DNA from: Escherichia phage VEc74
Length of the DNA stretch: 64,000 nucleotides
Strand: one strand, 5' to 3'
Sequence record: MT932213.1
This document shows positions 36,855 to 46,787 of this stretch, in pieces. The translations under genes and the position numbers were made by a program. Numbering within the stretch: the first letter of the stretch is position 1; the number at the start of each line of letters is the position of its first letter. The notes beneath the pieces were generated by a model that was given only the letters and a program-made list of their open reading frames with translations, was not told the origin of the DNA and made no database searches.

Positions 36855-36879
36855 TTTATTCTCCTCAGTAGTTGATAGG

Positions 36880-36915
36880 GTAATAGTATCACAACTAAAA
36901 CCCTATGTAAACAAT
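36880..36915 (-). promoter_or_regulatory. T4-type early promoter (cassette 1)
   Basis: minus-strand GTTTAC (plus 36907..36912), TGATACTAT; leader ...CAACTACTGAGGAGAATAAAATG. Confidence 0.5.
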
Positions 36916-37140
36916 TTATTCAACACCAGCGGCTTTCAAAAGTTTTTTAAGATTGGCAACACCTTGAGCAGAAAATGTGACCTTGCCACCTTTTTCACTG
37001 ATAGAACCAACCAATTTAGCAAGTTTATCATTAGGAATTTTTTTAAAATCAGACAATGTTCCATCAAAGGTTTTTGAAACAAAAGGCAGTTCGTCTTCGC
37101 GTCTTTTAGCTTCTACAATAAATTCTTTAGATGTTTTCAT
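36916..37140 (-). CDS. Internal-protein-like capsid-targeted protein (CTS MKTSKEFIVEA)
   Basis: 74 aa, Lys-rich; CTS leader; own promoter. Confidence 0.6.
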   Translation of the reverse strand: MKTSKEFIVEAKRREDELPFVSKTFDGTLSDFKKIPNDKLAKLVGSISEKGGKVTFSAQGVANLKKLLKAAGVE

Positions 37141-37164
37141 TTTATTCTCCTCAGTAGTTGATAG

Positions 37165-37200
37165 GGTAATAATATCACTACCCCATCTAAAAGTAAACGG
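37165..37200 (-). promoter_or_regulatory. T4-type early promoter (cassette 2)
   Basis: minus-strand GTTTAC (plus 37193..37198), TGATATTAT. Confidence 0.5.
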
Positions 37201-37208
37201 TTTATAAA

Positions 37209-37517
37209 CTATTTTATTCCGCGTGATGCAATTGTGTTCTGCCGTTTAACGCCAGTTTGTTTAAAGTCATGATTGTCGATTTGATCGGTACGAGCAACTC
37301 CGAATGATGATTTGATCTTAGCTTTAGATCCTTTAGTTATAGAAATAAACATCTCGGAAGCCCCTTTCTTAAAGTCCGAGGCGATTACTTCAACGCCGTT
37401 CTTAGCAAGTGACTTCAGAATTGCCTCCGCATACTCATCATCAAGACTCGCCTGAGTATTAATAACGAATGTCTTTGGCGCAGCCGCTTCATTGATAAAT
37501 TCTTTAAATGTTTTCAT
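37209..37517 (-). CDS. Internal-protein-like capsid-targeted protein (CTS MKTFKEFINEA)
   Basis: 102 aa; CTS leader; own promoter. Confidence 0.6.
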   Translation of the reverse strand: MKTFKEFINEAAAPKTFVINTQASLDDEYAEAILKSLAKNGVEVIASDFKKGASEMFISITKGSKAKIKSSFGVARTDQIDNHDFKQTGVKRQNTIASRGIK

Positions 37518-37539
37518 TTTATTTTCCTAATTAATTTTG

Positions 37540-37580
37540 ATGAGATAATAGTATCACTACCCTATTTAAAAGTAAACTCA
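37540..37580 (-). promoter_or_regulatory. T4-type early promoter (cassette 3)
   Basis: minus-strand GTTTAC (plus 37572..37577), TGATACTAT. Confidence 0.5.
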
Positions 37581-37850
37581 TTTTAAATAAATTGCGTATT
37601 TTTTATAACCCGCTGACTCATGACGAAGACCCTTATCATTAGCAAAACGCTCAATGTTGTTAATTTGATTCTGATCAAGTTCAGAGATGTCAAACACGAA
37701 AAAGTTACGTTTGTTACCAACTGTTATATAGTCAGTTAAATCAATATCATATAGGTAATTGATGTCAGCAATCAAAGTCTTGACAGCTTTGCTAATTTTT
37801 ACTTTTTCGTTAAAAGCAGCTTCAGCAATAAATTCTTGATACGTTTTCAT
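37578..37850 (-). CDS. Internal-protein-like capsid-targeted protein (CTS MKTYQEFIAEA)
   Basis: ORF track 37578..37910 trimmed to ATG 37850 where the canonical CTS begins, with GAGGAG SD. Confidence 0.6.
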   Translation of the reverse strand: MKTYQEFIAEAAFNEKVKISKAVKTLIADINYLYDIDLTDYITVGNKRNFFVFDISELDQNQINNIERFANDKGLRHESAGYKKYAIYLK

Positions 37851-37874
37851 TTTATTCTCCTCAGTAGTTGATAG

Positions 37875-37912
37875 GATAATAGTATCACTACTAAAACCCC
37901 GTGTAAACAACT
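37875..37912 (-). promoter_or_regulatory. T4-type early promoter (cassette 4)
   Basis: minus-strand GTTTAC (plus 37903..37908), TGATACTAT. Confidence 0.5.
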
Positions 37913-37920
37913 TTGTGAAA

Positions 37921-38178
37921 TTATTTTAAATCTTCTAATCGTTTCTTCATCTTAGAACCGTTCTTAGCGATTTCGCCTGCATCAGAGCATAATGCTAAAA
38001 GCGCTTTAACTTTAGTTTGGTCTCCTTTAAAAGATGAAGGATCAACAGCAGCAGCAAGTTCTTTAATACGAGAGAAAAGACGCTCAGCTTCAGCTAAAGC
38101 CATTCCAAGCTTTACTTCCATACCGTGGGAAGATTCAGTAATAGTAGTTTTTGTAGCAAACTCTTTGAAAGTTTTCAT
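37921..38178 (-). CDS. Internal-protein-like capsid-targeted protein (variant CTS MKTFKEFATK...ITES)
   Basis: 85 aa; N-terminus related to CTS; own promoter. Confidence 0.55.
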   Translation of the reverse strand: MKTFKEFATKTTITESSHGMEVKLGMALAEAERLFSRIKELAAAVDPSSFKGDQTKVKALLALCSDAGEIAKNGSKMKKRLEDLK

Positions 38179-38204
38179 TTTATTTTCCTAATTAATTTTG
38201 ATGA

Positions 38205-38240
38205 GGTAATAGTATCACTACCTCATCAGCATGTAAACAA
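38205..38240 (-). promoter_or_regulatory. T4-type early promoter (cassette 5)
   Basis: minus-strand GTTTAC (plus 38233..38238), TGATACTAT. Confidence 0.5.
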
Positions 38241-38250
38241 CTTTGTGAAA

Positions 38251-38935
<685 letters not shown>

Positions 38936-38936
<1 letters not shown>

Positions 38937-39661
38937 TATAGTACCTTTAGTGTATTTTTAATTTTAGAAAAAAGTTCTTCAAGAGAACCATCGTTTGTAA
39001 TTACTAAATCGCCATCACGAATTGGCAATCCAGCTTCTGTAATATGTGTATCATTGGATTTTTGACCAGGACGAACTACATGAATTACTGTAGCACCCAT
39101 CGCCCTAGCCGCATCCATTTCATGATCTTGACGGGTATCAGGAACGATATAATAATCATAACCTGAGTTAAATTTATCAAGATAATCTAAAGCAAATAAT
39201 TTTACCCAGTACATGCGGTCGAAGTTATTAACAATCAAATCCGTACCTAGGGCTTGCATCAGACGACGGACTGACCATTGATCTTCAATATTATTTATAA
39301 CGTCAATAATCTTGTTAAATGCTACGGAATTAACTGATTCTTGTCCTTCGTCATCAAAAACAAACACACCTTTAATTGGGCTTTTACCATTAAGATAGCA
39401 AAATGCTTGTTCCATAATGGTGATTACTTCTAATTTAGTCAGATTTAAATTAGTCTCACGATCATAGTCAATTCCTTCAAACTCTTTACGAGTTAAGCAA
39501 GGATAGTCAGTGTTTGCTGCAAATACTCCCCATGCATAAGCCAATGCATCCTTAATAGGACCAGCAAGTTGGTATTTAATTGCAGAATAATTGCTCATGA
39601 TAAAATCAGCAGTAGTATCTTTTCCACTACGCTTTACACCGCTTAAAAAGATTAGTTTCAT
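38936..39661 (-). CDS. 1: Deoxynucleoside monophosphate kinase
   Basis: ATG 39661 (GAGGAG SD) gives 241 aa; P-loop LSGVKRSGKDT. Confidence 0.85.
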
Positions 39662-39710
39662 GTGTTTCTCCTCAAATTTAATTAAGATTATAACACACAA
39701 AACTGAAGCA

Positions 39711-40241
39711 TTAAACTTCTGCTATAATTTTTCCATCTTTTTCTACTTGAAAATAGGTGTAAGGAATCGTTGCTGTACATACTAAAGCCGGGTCTGAATC
39801 TTCTGTGTAGCTAAATTCTACTTCAGACAGGTCAGAAACCCAAGGCTTATAAAAATTTATTGACATCACGATTTCAGTTTTGCTATTATCTAAAATGTAA
39901 AGCGTAATGTATTCAGGACCTGTTTTTTGGGCAGTATTTTCACCTGTAAGATAGTTGCTAGTTCCTAGCATCCATTCATACATTCCTATCCATGACTTAA
40001 GTTCTTCATCAACTATAAATCTCACGATGAGTGGATCGTACTCAAATGTAGCACCTGGACGTTGTGCTCGACCAAGTCCAAACGGCCCAGTCACGGTATC
40101 AGTAACAGGTATTCTAATTCCTGGAATAGGAACTGACTGAGCATTTAAAGTAAAAGCAGATGTAGTATTACTATGTGGTATTGATACTACAAAGTTAGTT
40201 GTATTTGCTTGGTTAAAAATTTGTTGCAGAGCTTGCGACAT
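39711..40241 (-). CDS. 3: Tail completion / sheath stabiliser gp3
   Basis: ATG 40241 with GAGGA SD gives 176 aa; position between genes 1 and 2. Confidence 0.7.
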   Translation of the reverse strand: MSQALQQIFNQANTTNFVVSIPHSNTTSAFTLNAQSVPIPGIRIPVTDTVTGPFGLGRAQRPGATFEYDPLIVRFIVDEELKSWIGMYEWMLGTSNYLTGENTAQKTGPEYITLYILDNSKTEIVMSINFYKPWVSDLSEVEFSYTEDSDPALVCTATIPYTYFQVEKDGKIIAEV

Positions 40242-40347
40242 ATATTCCTCATAATGCTTTATAAATGTTGGTGGTATAATGGGTCTAAGTCCCTTCCATT
40301 CAATTCCATTTAGAACAAACAACAGAAAAGAATGGAAGATAATAGAA

Positions 40348-41172
40348 TTAGATATTTGACCAGACTTTGTTTGCAGAGAAACGTTTTCCTTTTGAAACGA
40401 ACTGCTGAAGTGGCATTAACACAACGTTCGCCCAGTCTTTCGGGGCGATTTCAACTAGGCTACCCATGATATTACCAGGTATATATGCCTTAATCATTTG
40501 GTCTGCACCCCTAAATCCTTTCACTTGACTCCAATCAATTTTTAATTTTGTTTTATTAGTAATAGTAGGTGTATTCGAATATTGCTTTAAAAGCTCTTCT
40601 AGAAATTGCTGACGAGCTTTAGGTGGAATATAGTGCAAGTTCAATCCATACATTAAATTATGTTTACCTAAACCAAGGTAAATTATCAAAGGAAATTTAT
40701 CCCAGTAAGGAAGAGTTTCCTTGTGTTTAGCATCATAAGCAAAAGCATATATTCGTCCCGGCTGCGGGCGAACAACTTTATGCCCTTTTACTTGCTTAAT
40801 AGTTTCAGCAAACCACTTTCTGGTTTTATTATTAATTGCTGCGCCTTCATTACGAATTTTATCGCGCAATGTTTGTCTGAATGAATTTATCATAAGCAGT
40901 TGTCTTTCTTGCTTATTGAGTTTATTCATTGGTTTTGATTCAAGCTTTTGAATCTTTTCAGCTGTTTTAATTCCTGAAGCATATTTTGACATTGCCGAAG
41001 TAAACGTAGAATATTTAATTCCTCTTTCTTCAGCAAATTGCTTTCCTGTCATTCCTTTTGCTTTGGCCTTTTTGTATTCAAGACCTATCTGAATCCATTT
41101 CTTTTCGTTTAATGATTGCTTAACCTTTGGAACTTGGGGAGTGCTTTCATTAATTATTTGAAAAATAGCCAT
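40348..41172 (-). CDS. 2: DNA end-protector protein gp2
   Basis: 274 aa basic protein; synteny 3-2-4. Confidence 0.7.
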   Translation of the reverse strand: MAIFQIINESTPQVPKVKQSLNEKKWIQIGLEYKKAKAKGMTGKQFAEERGIKYSTFTSAMSKYASGIKTAEKIQKLESKPMNKLNKQERQLLMINSFRQTLRDKIRNEGAAINNKTRKWFAETIKQVKGHKVVRPQPGRIYAFAYDAKHKETLPYWDKFPLIIYLGLGKHNLMYGLNLHYIPPKARQQFLEELLKQYSNTPTITNKTKLKIDWSQVKGFRGADQMIKAYIPGNIMGSLVEIAPKDWANVVLMPLQQFVSKGKRFSANKVWSNI

Positions 41173-41624
41173 TATGCCCCCTTAAAGCCAAGAGCTCGTA
41201 ATCCATCTTCTGTTAGAATTCTAAATTTTATTCCACGCTTTTCAGCTAAAGATTGCGCTGCTTTCCATTTGTCAGTATTAACTGAATATGTATAAATTTC
41301 ATTCATAAATCTTTTCTTCGCTGCGGTTGTTAGATGTGCTGGTTTAACTGGTGGTTGTGTTTCTTTTTTAGGCTTTATTTCAATAAAAAATTCTTGTCCA
41401 GAAGAATCTTTCATCCAAATATCCATGAAGTATCTACGTTTTTTCCCTTCTGCATTACAAAAATAAGGAATTACTGCTGTTTCACTACCCCATGCAATAA
41501 TTTCTGGATTTTTATCTAACCATTCAAAAAAGAATTTTTCCCAATTTGATCTATACGTAATTTTTTTAGGGTCACCTCTATATTTTGATATATTTTTAGG
41601 AACCCATTTTCCAGAATATGCCAT
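41172..41624 (-). CDS. 4: Head completion protein gp4
   Basis: 150 aa; synteny; divergent from gene 53 with late promoter. Confidence 0.7.
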   Translation of the reverse strand: MAYSGKWVPKNISKYRGDPKKITYRSNWEKFFFEWLDKNPEIIAWGSETAVIPYFCNAEGKKRRYFMDIWMKDSSGQEFFIEIKPKKETQPPVKPAHLTTAAKKRFMNEIYTYSVNTDKWKAAQSLAEKRGIKFRILTEDGLRALGFKGA

Positions 41625-41635
41625 TGGATTCTCCT

Positions 41636-41643
41636 TATAAATA
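41636..41643 (+). promoter_or_regulatory. T4 late promoter TATAAATA (gene 53)
   Basis: Exact TATAAATA about 28 nt upstream of the gp53 ATG. Confidence 0.55.
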
Positions 41644-41650
41644 GATAATA

Positions 41651-41658
41651 TATTTATA
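41651..41658 (-). promoter_or_regulatory. T4 late promoter TATAAATA (gene 4, divergent)
   Basis: Exact TATAAATA on minus strand about 27 nt upstream of the gp4 ATG. Confidence 0.55.
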
Positions 41659-41671
41659 AACAGGAGGGCCC

Positions 41672-42262
41672 ATGCTCTTTACATTTTTTGATCCGATTGA
41701 ATATGCGGCCAAAACGGTGAATAAAAACGCGCCGACTATTCCTATGACAGATATTTTTAGAAACTATAAAGACTATTTTAAACGCGCTCTTGCGGGATAC
41801 CGCTTACGTACTTATTATATCAAAGGTTCACCACGCCCGGAAGAATTAGCAAATACTATATATGGAAATCCACAGTTGTATTGGGTTTTATTGATGTGTA
41901 ATGATAATTATGATCCGTATTATGGATGGATTACTTCACAAGAAGCTGCTTATCAAGCATCTATACAAAAATACAAAAATGTAGGTGGAGACCAAATAGT
42001 ATATCATGTGAATGAGAACGGTGAAAAATTTTATAATTTAATATCATACGATGATAATCCATATGTTTGGTATGATAAAGGCGATAAAGCTAGAAAATAT
42101 CCTCAATATGAAGGAGCACTTGCTGCGGTCGATACGTATGAAGCGGCTGTTCTTGAAAATGAAAAACTTCGTCAAATAAAAATAATAGCAAAATCAGACA
42201 TCAATTCATTTATGAACGACCTTATACGTATAATGGAGAAATCTTATGGAAATGATAAGTAA
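41672..42262 (+). CDS. 53: Baseplate wedge protein gp53
   Basis: 196 aa; synteny with 5-12. Confidence 0.8.
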   Translation: MLFTFFDPIEYAAKTVNKNAPTIPMTDIFRNYKDYFKRALAGYRLRTYYIKGSPRPEELANTIYGNPQLYWVLLMCNDNYDPYYGWITSQEAAYQASIQKYKNVGGDQIVYHVNENGEKFYNLISYDDNPYVWYDKGDKARKYPQYEGALAAVDTYEAAVLENEKLRQIKIIAKSDINSFMNDLIRIMEKSYGNDK

Positions 42263-43973
42263 TAACCTTAATTGGTTTGTCGGTGTTGTTGAAGATAGAA
42301 TGGACCCATTAAAATTAGGTCGTGTTCGTGTTCGTGTGGTTGGTCTGCATCCACCTCAAAGAGCACAAGGTGATGTAATGGGTATTCCAACTGAAAAATT
42401 ACCATGGATGTCAGTTATTCAACCTATAACTTCTGCAGCAATGTCAGGAATTGGAGGTTCTGTTACTGGACCGGTAGAAGGAACTAGAGTTTATGGTCAT
42501 TTTTTAGACAAATGGAAAACTAACGGAATTGTCCTTGGCACGTATGGTGGAATAGTTCGCGAAAAACCGAATAGACTTGAAGGATTTTCTGACCCAACTG
42601 GGCAATATCCTAGACGTTTAGGAAATGATACGAACGTGTTAAACCAAGGCGGAGAAGTAGGATATGATTCCTCTTCTAACGTTATTCAAGATAGTAACTT
42701 AGACACCGCAATAAATCCCGATGATAGACCATTATCAGAGATTCCAACCGATGATAATCCAAATATGTCAATGGCTGAAATGCTTCGCCGTGATGAAGGA
42801 TTAAGATTAAAAGTTTATTGGGATACCGAAGGATATCCGACAATTGGTATTGGTCATCTTATCATGAAACAGCCAGTTCGTGATATGGCTCAAATTAATA
42901 AAGTTTTATCAAAACAAGTTGGTCGTGAAATTACAGGAAATCCAGGTTCTATTACAATGGAAGAAGCGACAGCTTTATTTGAGCGTGATTTGGCTGATAT
43001 GCAACGTGACATTAAATCACATTCTAAAGTAGGACCAGTCTGGCAAGCTGTCAACCGTTCTCGTCAAATGGCATTAGAAAATATGGCATTTCAAATGGGT
43101 GTTGGCGGTGTAGCTAAATTTAACACTATGTTAACTGCTATGTTAGCAGGAGATTGGGAAAAAGCATATAAAGCCGGTCGTGATTCATTGTGGTATCAAC
43201 AAACAAAAGGCCGTGCATCCCGTGTTACTATGATTATTCTTACGGGGAATTTGGAATCATATGGTGTTGAAGTGAAAACCCCAGCTAGGTCTCTATCAGC
43301 AATGGCTGCTACTGTAGCTAAATCTTCTGACCCTGCTGACCCTCCTATTCCAAATGACTCGAGAATTTTATTCAAAGAACCAGTTTCTTCATATAAAGGT
43401 GAATATCCGTATGTTCATACAATGGAAACTGAAAGTGGTCATATTCAGGAATTTGATGATACCCCTGGGCAAGAACGATACAGATTAGTTCATCCAACTG
43501 GAACTTATGAAGAAGTATCACCGTCAGGAAGAAGAACAAGAAAAACTGTTGATAATTTGTATGATATAACCAACGCTGATGGTAATTTTTTGGTAGCCGG
43601 TGATAAAAAGACTAACGTCGGTGGATCAGAAATTTATTACAACATGGATAATCGTCTTCACCAAATAGATGGAAGCAACACAATATTTGTCCGTGGCGAT
43701 GAAACTAAGACGGTTGAAGGTAATGGAACTATCCTAGTTAAAGGTAATGTTACTATTGTAGTTGAAGGTAATGCTGACATTACAGTTAAAGGGGATGCTA
43801 CCACTTTAGTTGAAGGAAATCAGACTAATACAGTAAATGGAAATCTTTCTTGGAAAGTTGCTGGGACAGTTGATTGGAACGTTGGTGGTGATTGGACAGA
43901 AAAAATGGCATCTATGAGTTCTATTTCATCTGGTCAATACACAATTGATGGATCGAGGATTGACATTGGCTAA
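42246..43973 (+). CDS. 5: Baseplate hub / tail lysozyme gp5
   Basis: 575 aa; N-terminus MEMISNNLNWFVGVVED...; lysozyme domain EGLRLKVYWDTEGYPTIGIGH; C-terminal VxGxxxxx beta-helix repeats. Confidence 0.95.
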   Translation: MEMISNNLNWFVGVVEDRMDPLKLGRVRVRVVGLHPPQRAQGDVMGIPTEKLPWMSVIQPITSAAMSGIGGSVTGPVEGTRVYGHFLDKWKTNGIVLGTYGGIVREKPNRLEGFSDPTGQYPRRLGNDTNVLNQGGEVGYDSSSNVIQDSNLDTAINPDDRPLSEIPTDDNPNMSMAEMLRRDEGLRLKVYWDTEGYPTIGIGHLIMKQPVRDMAQINKVLSKQVGREITGNPGSITMEEATALFERDLADMQRDIKSHSKVGPVWQAVNRSRQMALENMAFQMGVGGVAKFNTMLTAMLAGDWEKAYKAGRDSLWYQQTKGRASRVTMIILTGNLESYGVEVKTPARSLSAMAATVAKSSDPADPPIPNDSRILFKEPVSSYKGEYPYVHTMETESGHIQEFDDTPGQERYRLVHPTGTYEEVSPSGRRTRKTVDNLYDITNADGNFLVAGDKKTNVGGSEIYYNMDNRLHQIDGSNTIFVRGDETKTVEGNGTILVKGNVTIVVEGNADITVKGDATTLVEGNQTNTVNGNLSWKVAGTVDWNVGGDWTEKMASMSSISSGQYTIDGSRIDIG

Positions 43974-44502
43974 TATACTTCCAATGAGCGCTGATTTAGG
44001 AGAATCCATGGAAGGTTCTTCTATCGACGTCACCTTTACCGCTCAATTAGAAACAGGTGAAACGTTAGTATCTATAAATATAACTAGTTACGAAGAAACT
44101 CCTGGGGTTTTAGTAGAAGAAAATCGCTTATATGGAACATATGAATCTGTATTTGGTTTCGGAAATGACGCGTTGAAATATCGTTTAGGCGATGAATTTA
44201 AAACTGCTGCTTCATGGGAAGAACTTCCTACTGATTCTGATACTCAGTTGTATTTGTGGAAAGCTCCTCAAAATCTCCAGAAGACATTCACTTACGAAGT
44301 AACATTAATATATGACTACCAAGAACAAAGTGAATCCGGTGGTTCTGGCAGTAATTCTAGGTCATCTTCTGATACTACTGAACCAACGAATCCTCCAGCT
44401 CCAATAAGAAAAACTCTAGTTAAAAATTACACAAAAACTATAGTTGGAAATTGGAGTCGTTGGGCTAATAAATTAAGAAGCTATGTGTATGAGAGGCCAT
44501 AA
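43945..44502 (+). CDS. Hypothetical protein (5.1 position)
   Basis: ORF track, 185 aa. Confidence 0.6.
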
Positions 44503-44796
44503 ATGTCAGGATTAAGTTATGATAAGTGTGTTACTGCTGGCCATGAAGCGTGGCCTCCAACAGTTGTGAATGCTACACAAAGTAAAGTATTCACTGGAGG
44601 AATTGCTGTTCTAGTAGCAGGCGATCCAATTACAGAACATACAGAAATTAAAAAGCCATATGAAACACATGGCGGAGTGACACAACCCAGAACTTCTAAG
44701 GTATATGTCACTGGAAAGAAAGCTGTTCAAATGGCTGATCCAATATCATGTGGTGATACTGTGGCTCAGGCATCATCTAAAGTATTCATTAAATAG
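44503..44796 (+). CDS. 5.4: gp5.4-like spike-tip protein (PAAR-type)
   Basis: 97 aa between gp5 and gp6 as in T4. Confidence 0.7.
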
Positions 44797-44804
44797 GATT
44801 TAAA

Positions 44805-46787
44805 ATGGCAAATACCCCTGTAAATTATCAATTAACAAGAACAGCAAATGCTATTCCCGAGATATTCGTCGGGGGTACGTTTGCTGAAATAAAACAAAAC
44901 CTCATTGAATGGCTTAATGGCCAAAATGAATTTTTGGATTATGATTTTGAAGGCTCAAGATTAAACGTTCTGTGTGACCTTTTAGCTTATAATACATTAT
45001 ACATTCAGCAGTTTGGTAATGCTGCTGTGTATGAAAGCTTTATGCGTACTGCTAACTTACGAAGTTCAGTTGTTCAAGCTGCACAAGATAACGGATATTT
45101 ACCTACTTCAAAATCCGCTGCGCAGACCGAAATTATGTTAACATGCACCGACGCATTGAATAGGAATTACATTACTATTCCTCGCGGAACTCGCTTTTTA
45201 GCATATGCAAAAGATACTTCTGTTAATCCATATAACTTCGTTTCTACCGAAGACGTTATTGCTATTCGTGATAAAAATAACCAATATTTTCCGCGTTTAA
45301 AATTGGCCCAGGGACGTATAGTAAGAACTGAAATCATTTATGATAAATTAACACCTATTATCATTTATGATAAAAATATTGATAGAAACCAGGTTAAATT
45401 ATACGTTGATGGAGCGGAATGGATTAACTGGACGAGAAAGTCAATGGTTCATGCTGGTTCAACATCAACGATTTACTATATGCGTGAAACTATTGATGGA
45501 AACACTGAATTCTATTTTGGCGAAGGTGAAATTTCTGTTAATGCTTCTGAAGGAGCTTTGACCGCTAATTATATCGGAGGTCTTAAACCTACCCAGAACT
45601 CTACGATTGTTATTGAGTACATCAGTACTAACGGTGCAGATGCGAATGGCGCAGTCGGATTTTCATATGCAGATACATTAACAAATATAACTGTCATCAA
45701 TATTAATGAAAATCCAAACGATGACCCAGATTTTGTTGGTGCTGATGGTGGTGGTGATCCAGAAGATATTGAACGTATTCGCGAATTGGGTACTATTAAG
45801 CGTGAAACTCAGCAGCGATGTGTAACTGCGACAGATTATGATACATTTGTCTCAGAAAGATTTGGTTCTATTATTCAAGCCGTTCAGACTTTCACTGATT
45901 CTACTAAACCTGGTTATGCATTTATTGCTGCTAAACCTAAATCAGGATTGTATTTAACTACTGTGCAGCGTGAAGATATTAAAAATTATCTCAAAGATTA
46001 TAATTTAGCACCTATTACACCATCAATTATTTCTCCTAATTATCTTTTCATTAAGACTAATTTAAAAGTCACATATGCTTTAAATAAGCTACAAGAATCT
46101 GAACAGTGGCTTGAAGGTCAAATAATTGATAAAATTGACCGCTATTATACTGAAGATGTAGAAATTTTTAACTCATCTTTCGCTAAGTCTAAGATGTTAA
46201 CTTATGTAGATGATGCAGATCATTCTATCATTGGTTCATCAGCGACTATTCAAATGGTTCGTGAAGTACAAAACTTCTATAAAACGCCTGAAGCTGGTAT
46301 TAAATACAATAATCAAATAAAAGACCGTTCTATGGAATCTAATACGTTTTCATTTAATTCTGGACGAAAAGTTGTAAATCCTGATACTGGTTTAGAAGAA
46401 GATGTATTATACGATGTTCGTATAGTATCAACAGACCGAGATTCTAAAGGAATTGGTAAAGTTATTATCGGTCCATTTGCTTCTGGCGATGTTACAGAAA
46501 ATGAAAATATTCAGCCATACACAGGAAATGATTTTAACAAATTAGCAAACTCCACAGGACGTGACAAATACTATGTTATCGGTGAAATAAACTATCCAGC
46601 TGACACAATTTACTGGAATATCGCTAAAATTAATTTAACATCTGAAAAATTTGAAGTTCAGACTATTGAATTATATTCTGACCCAACCGATGATGTTATC
46701 TTTACTCGCGATGGTTCACTGATTGTATTTGAAAATGACTTACGTCCACAATACTTAACTATCGATTTGGAGCCTATATCACAATGA
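44805..46787 (+). CDS. 6: Baseplate wedge protein gp6
   Basis: 660 aa; synteny. Confidence 0.85.
   Translation: MANTPVNYQLTRTANAIPEIFVGGTFAEIKQNLIEWLNGQNEFLDYDFEGSRLNVLCDLLAYNTLYIQQFGNAAVYESFMRTANLRSSVVQAAQDNGYLPTSKSAAQTEIMLTCTDALNRNYITIPRGTRFLAYAKDTSVNPYNFVSTEDVIAIRDKNNQYFPRLKLAQGRIVRTEIIYDKLTPIIIYDKNIDRNQVKLYVDGAEWINWTRKSMVHAGSTSTIYYMRETIDGNTEFYFGEGEISVNASEGALTANYIGGLKPTQNSTIVIEYISTNGADANGAVGFSYADTLTNITVININENPNDDPDFVGADGGGDPEDIERIRELGTIKRETQQRCVTATDYDTFVSERFGSIIQAVQTFTDSTKPGYAFIAAKPKSGLYLTTVQREDIKNYLKDYNLAPITPSIISPNYLFIKTNLKVTYALNKLQESEQWLEGQIIDKIDRYYTEDVEIFNSSFAKSKMLTYVDDADHSIIGSSATIQMVREVQNFYKTPEAGIKYNNQIKDRSMESNTFSFNSGRKVVNPDTGLEEDVLYDVRIVSTDRDSKGIGKVIIGPFASGDVTENENIQPYTGNDFNKLANSTGRDKYYVIGEINYPADTIYWNIAKINLTSEKFEVQTIELYSDPTDDVIFTRDGSLIVFENDLRPQYLTIDLEPISQ

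Noticed and set aside
36880-38240. Possible CRISPR-like array suggested by the regularly spaced ~50-nt repeats
   Set aside because: The intervening units are 250-350 nt ORFs with start codons and SD sequences, and the repeats have early-promoter -35/-10 architecture. This is not a CRISPR array.
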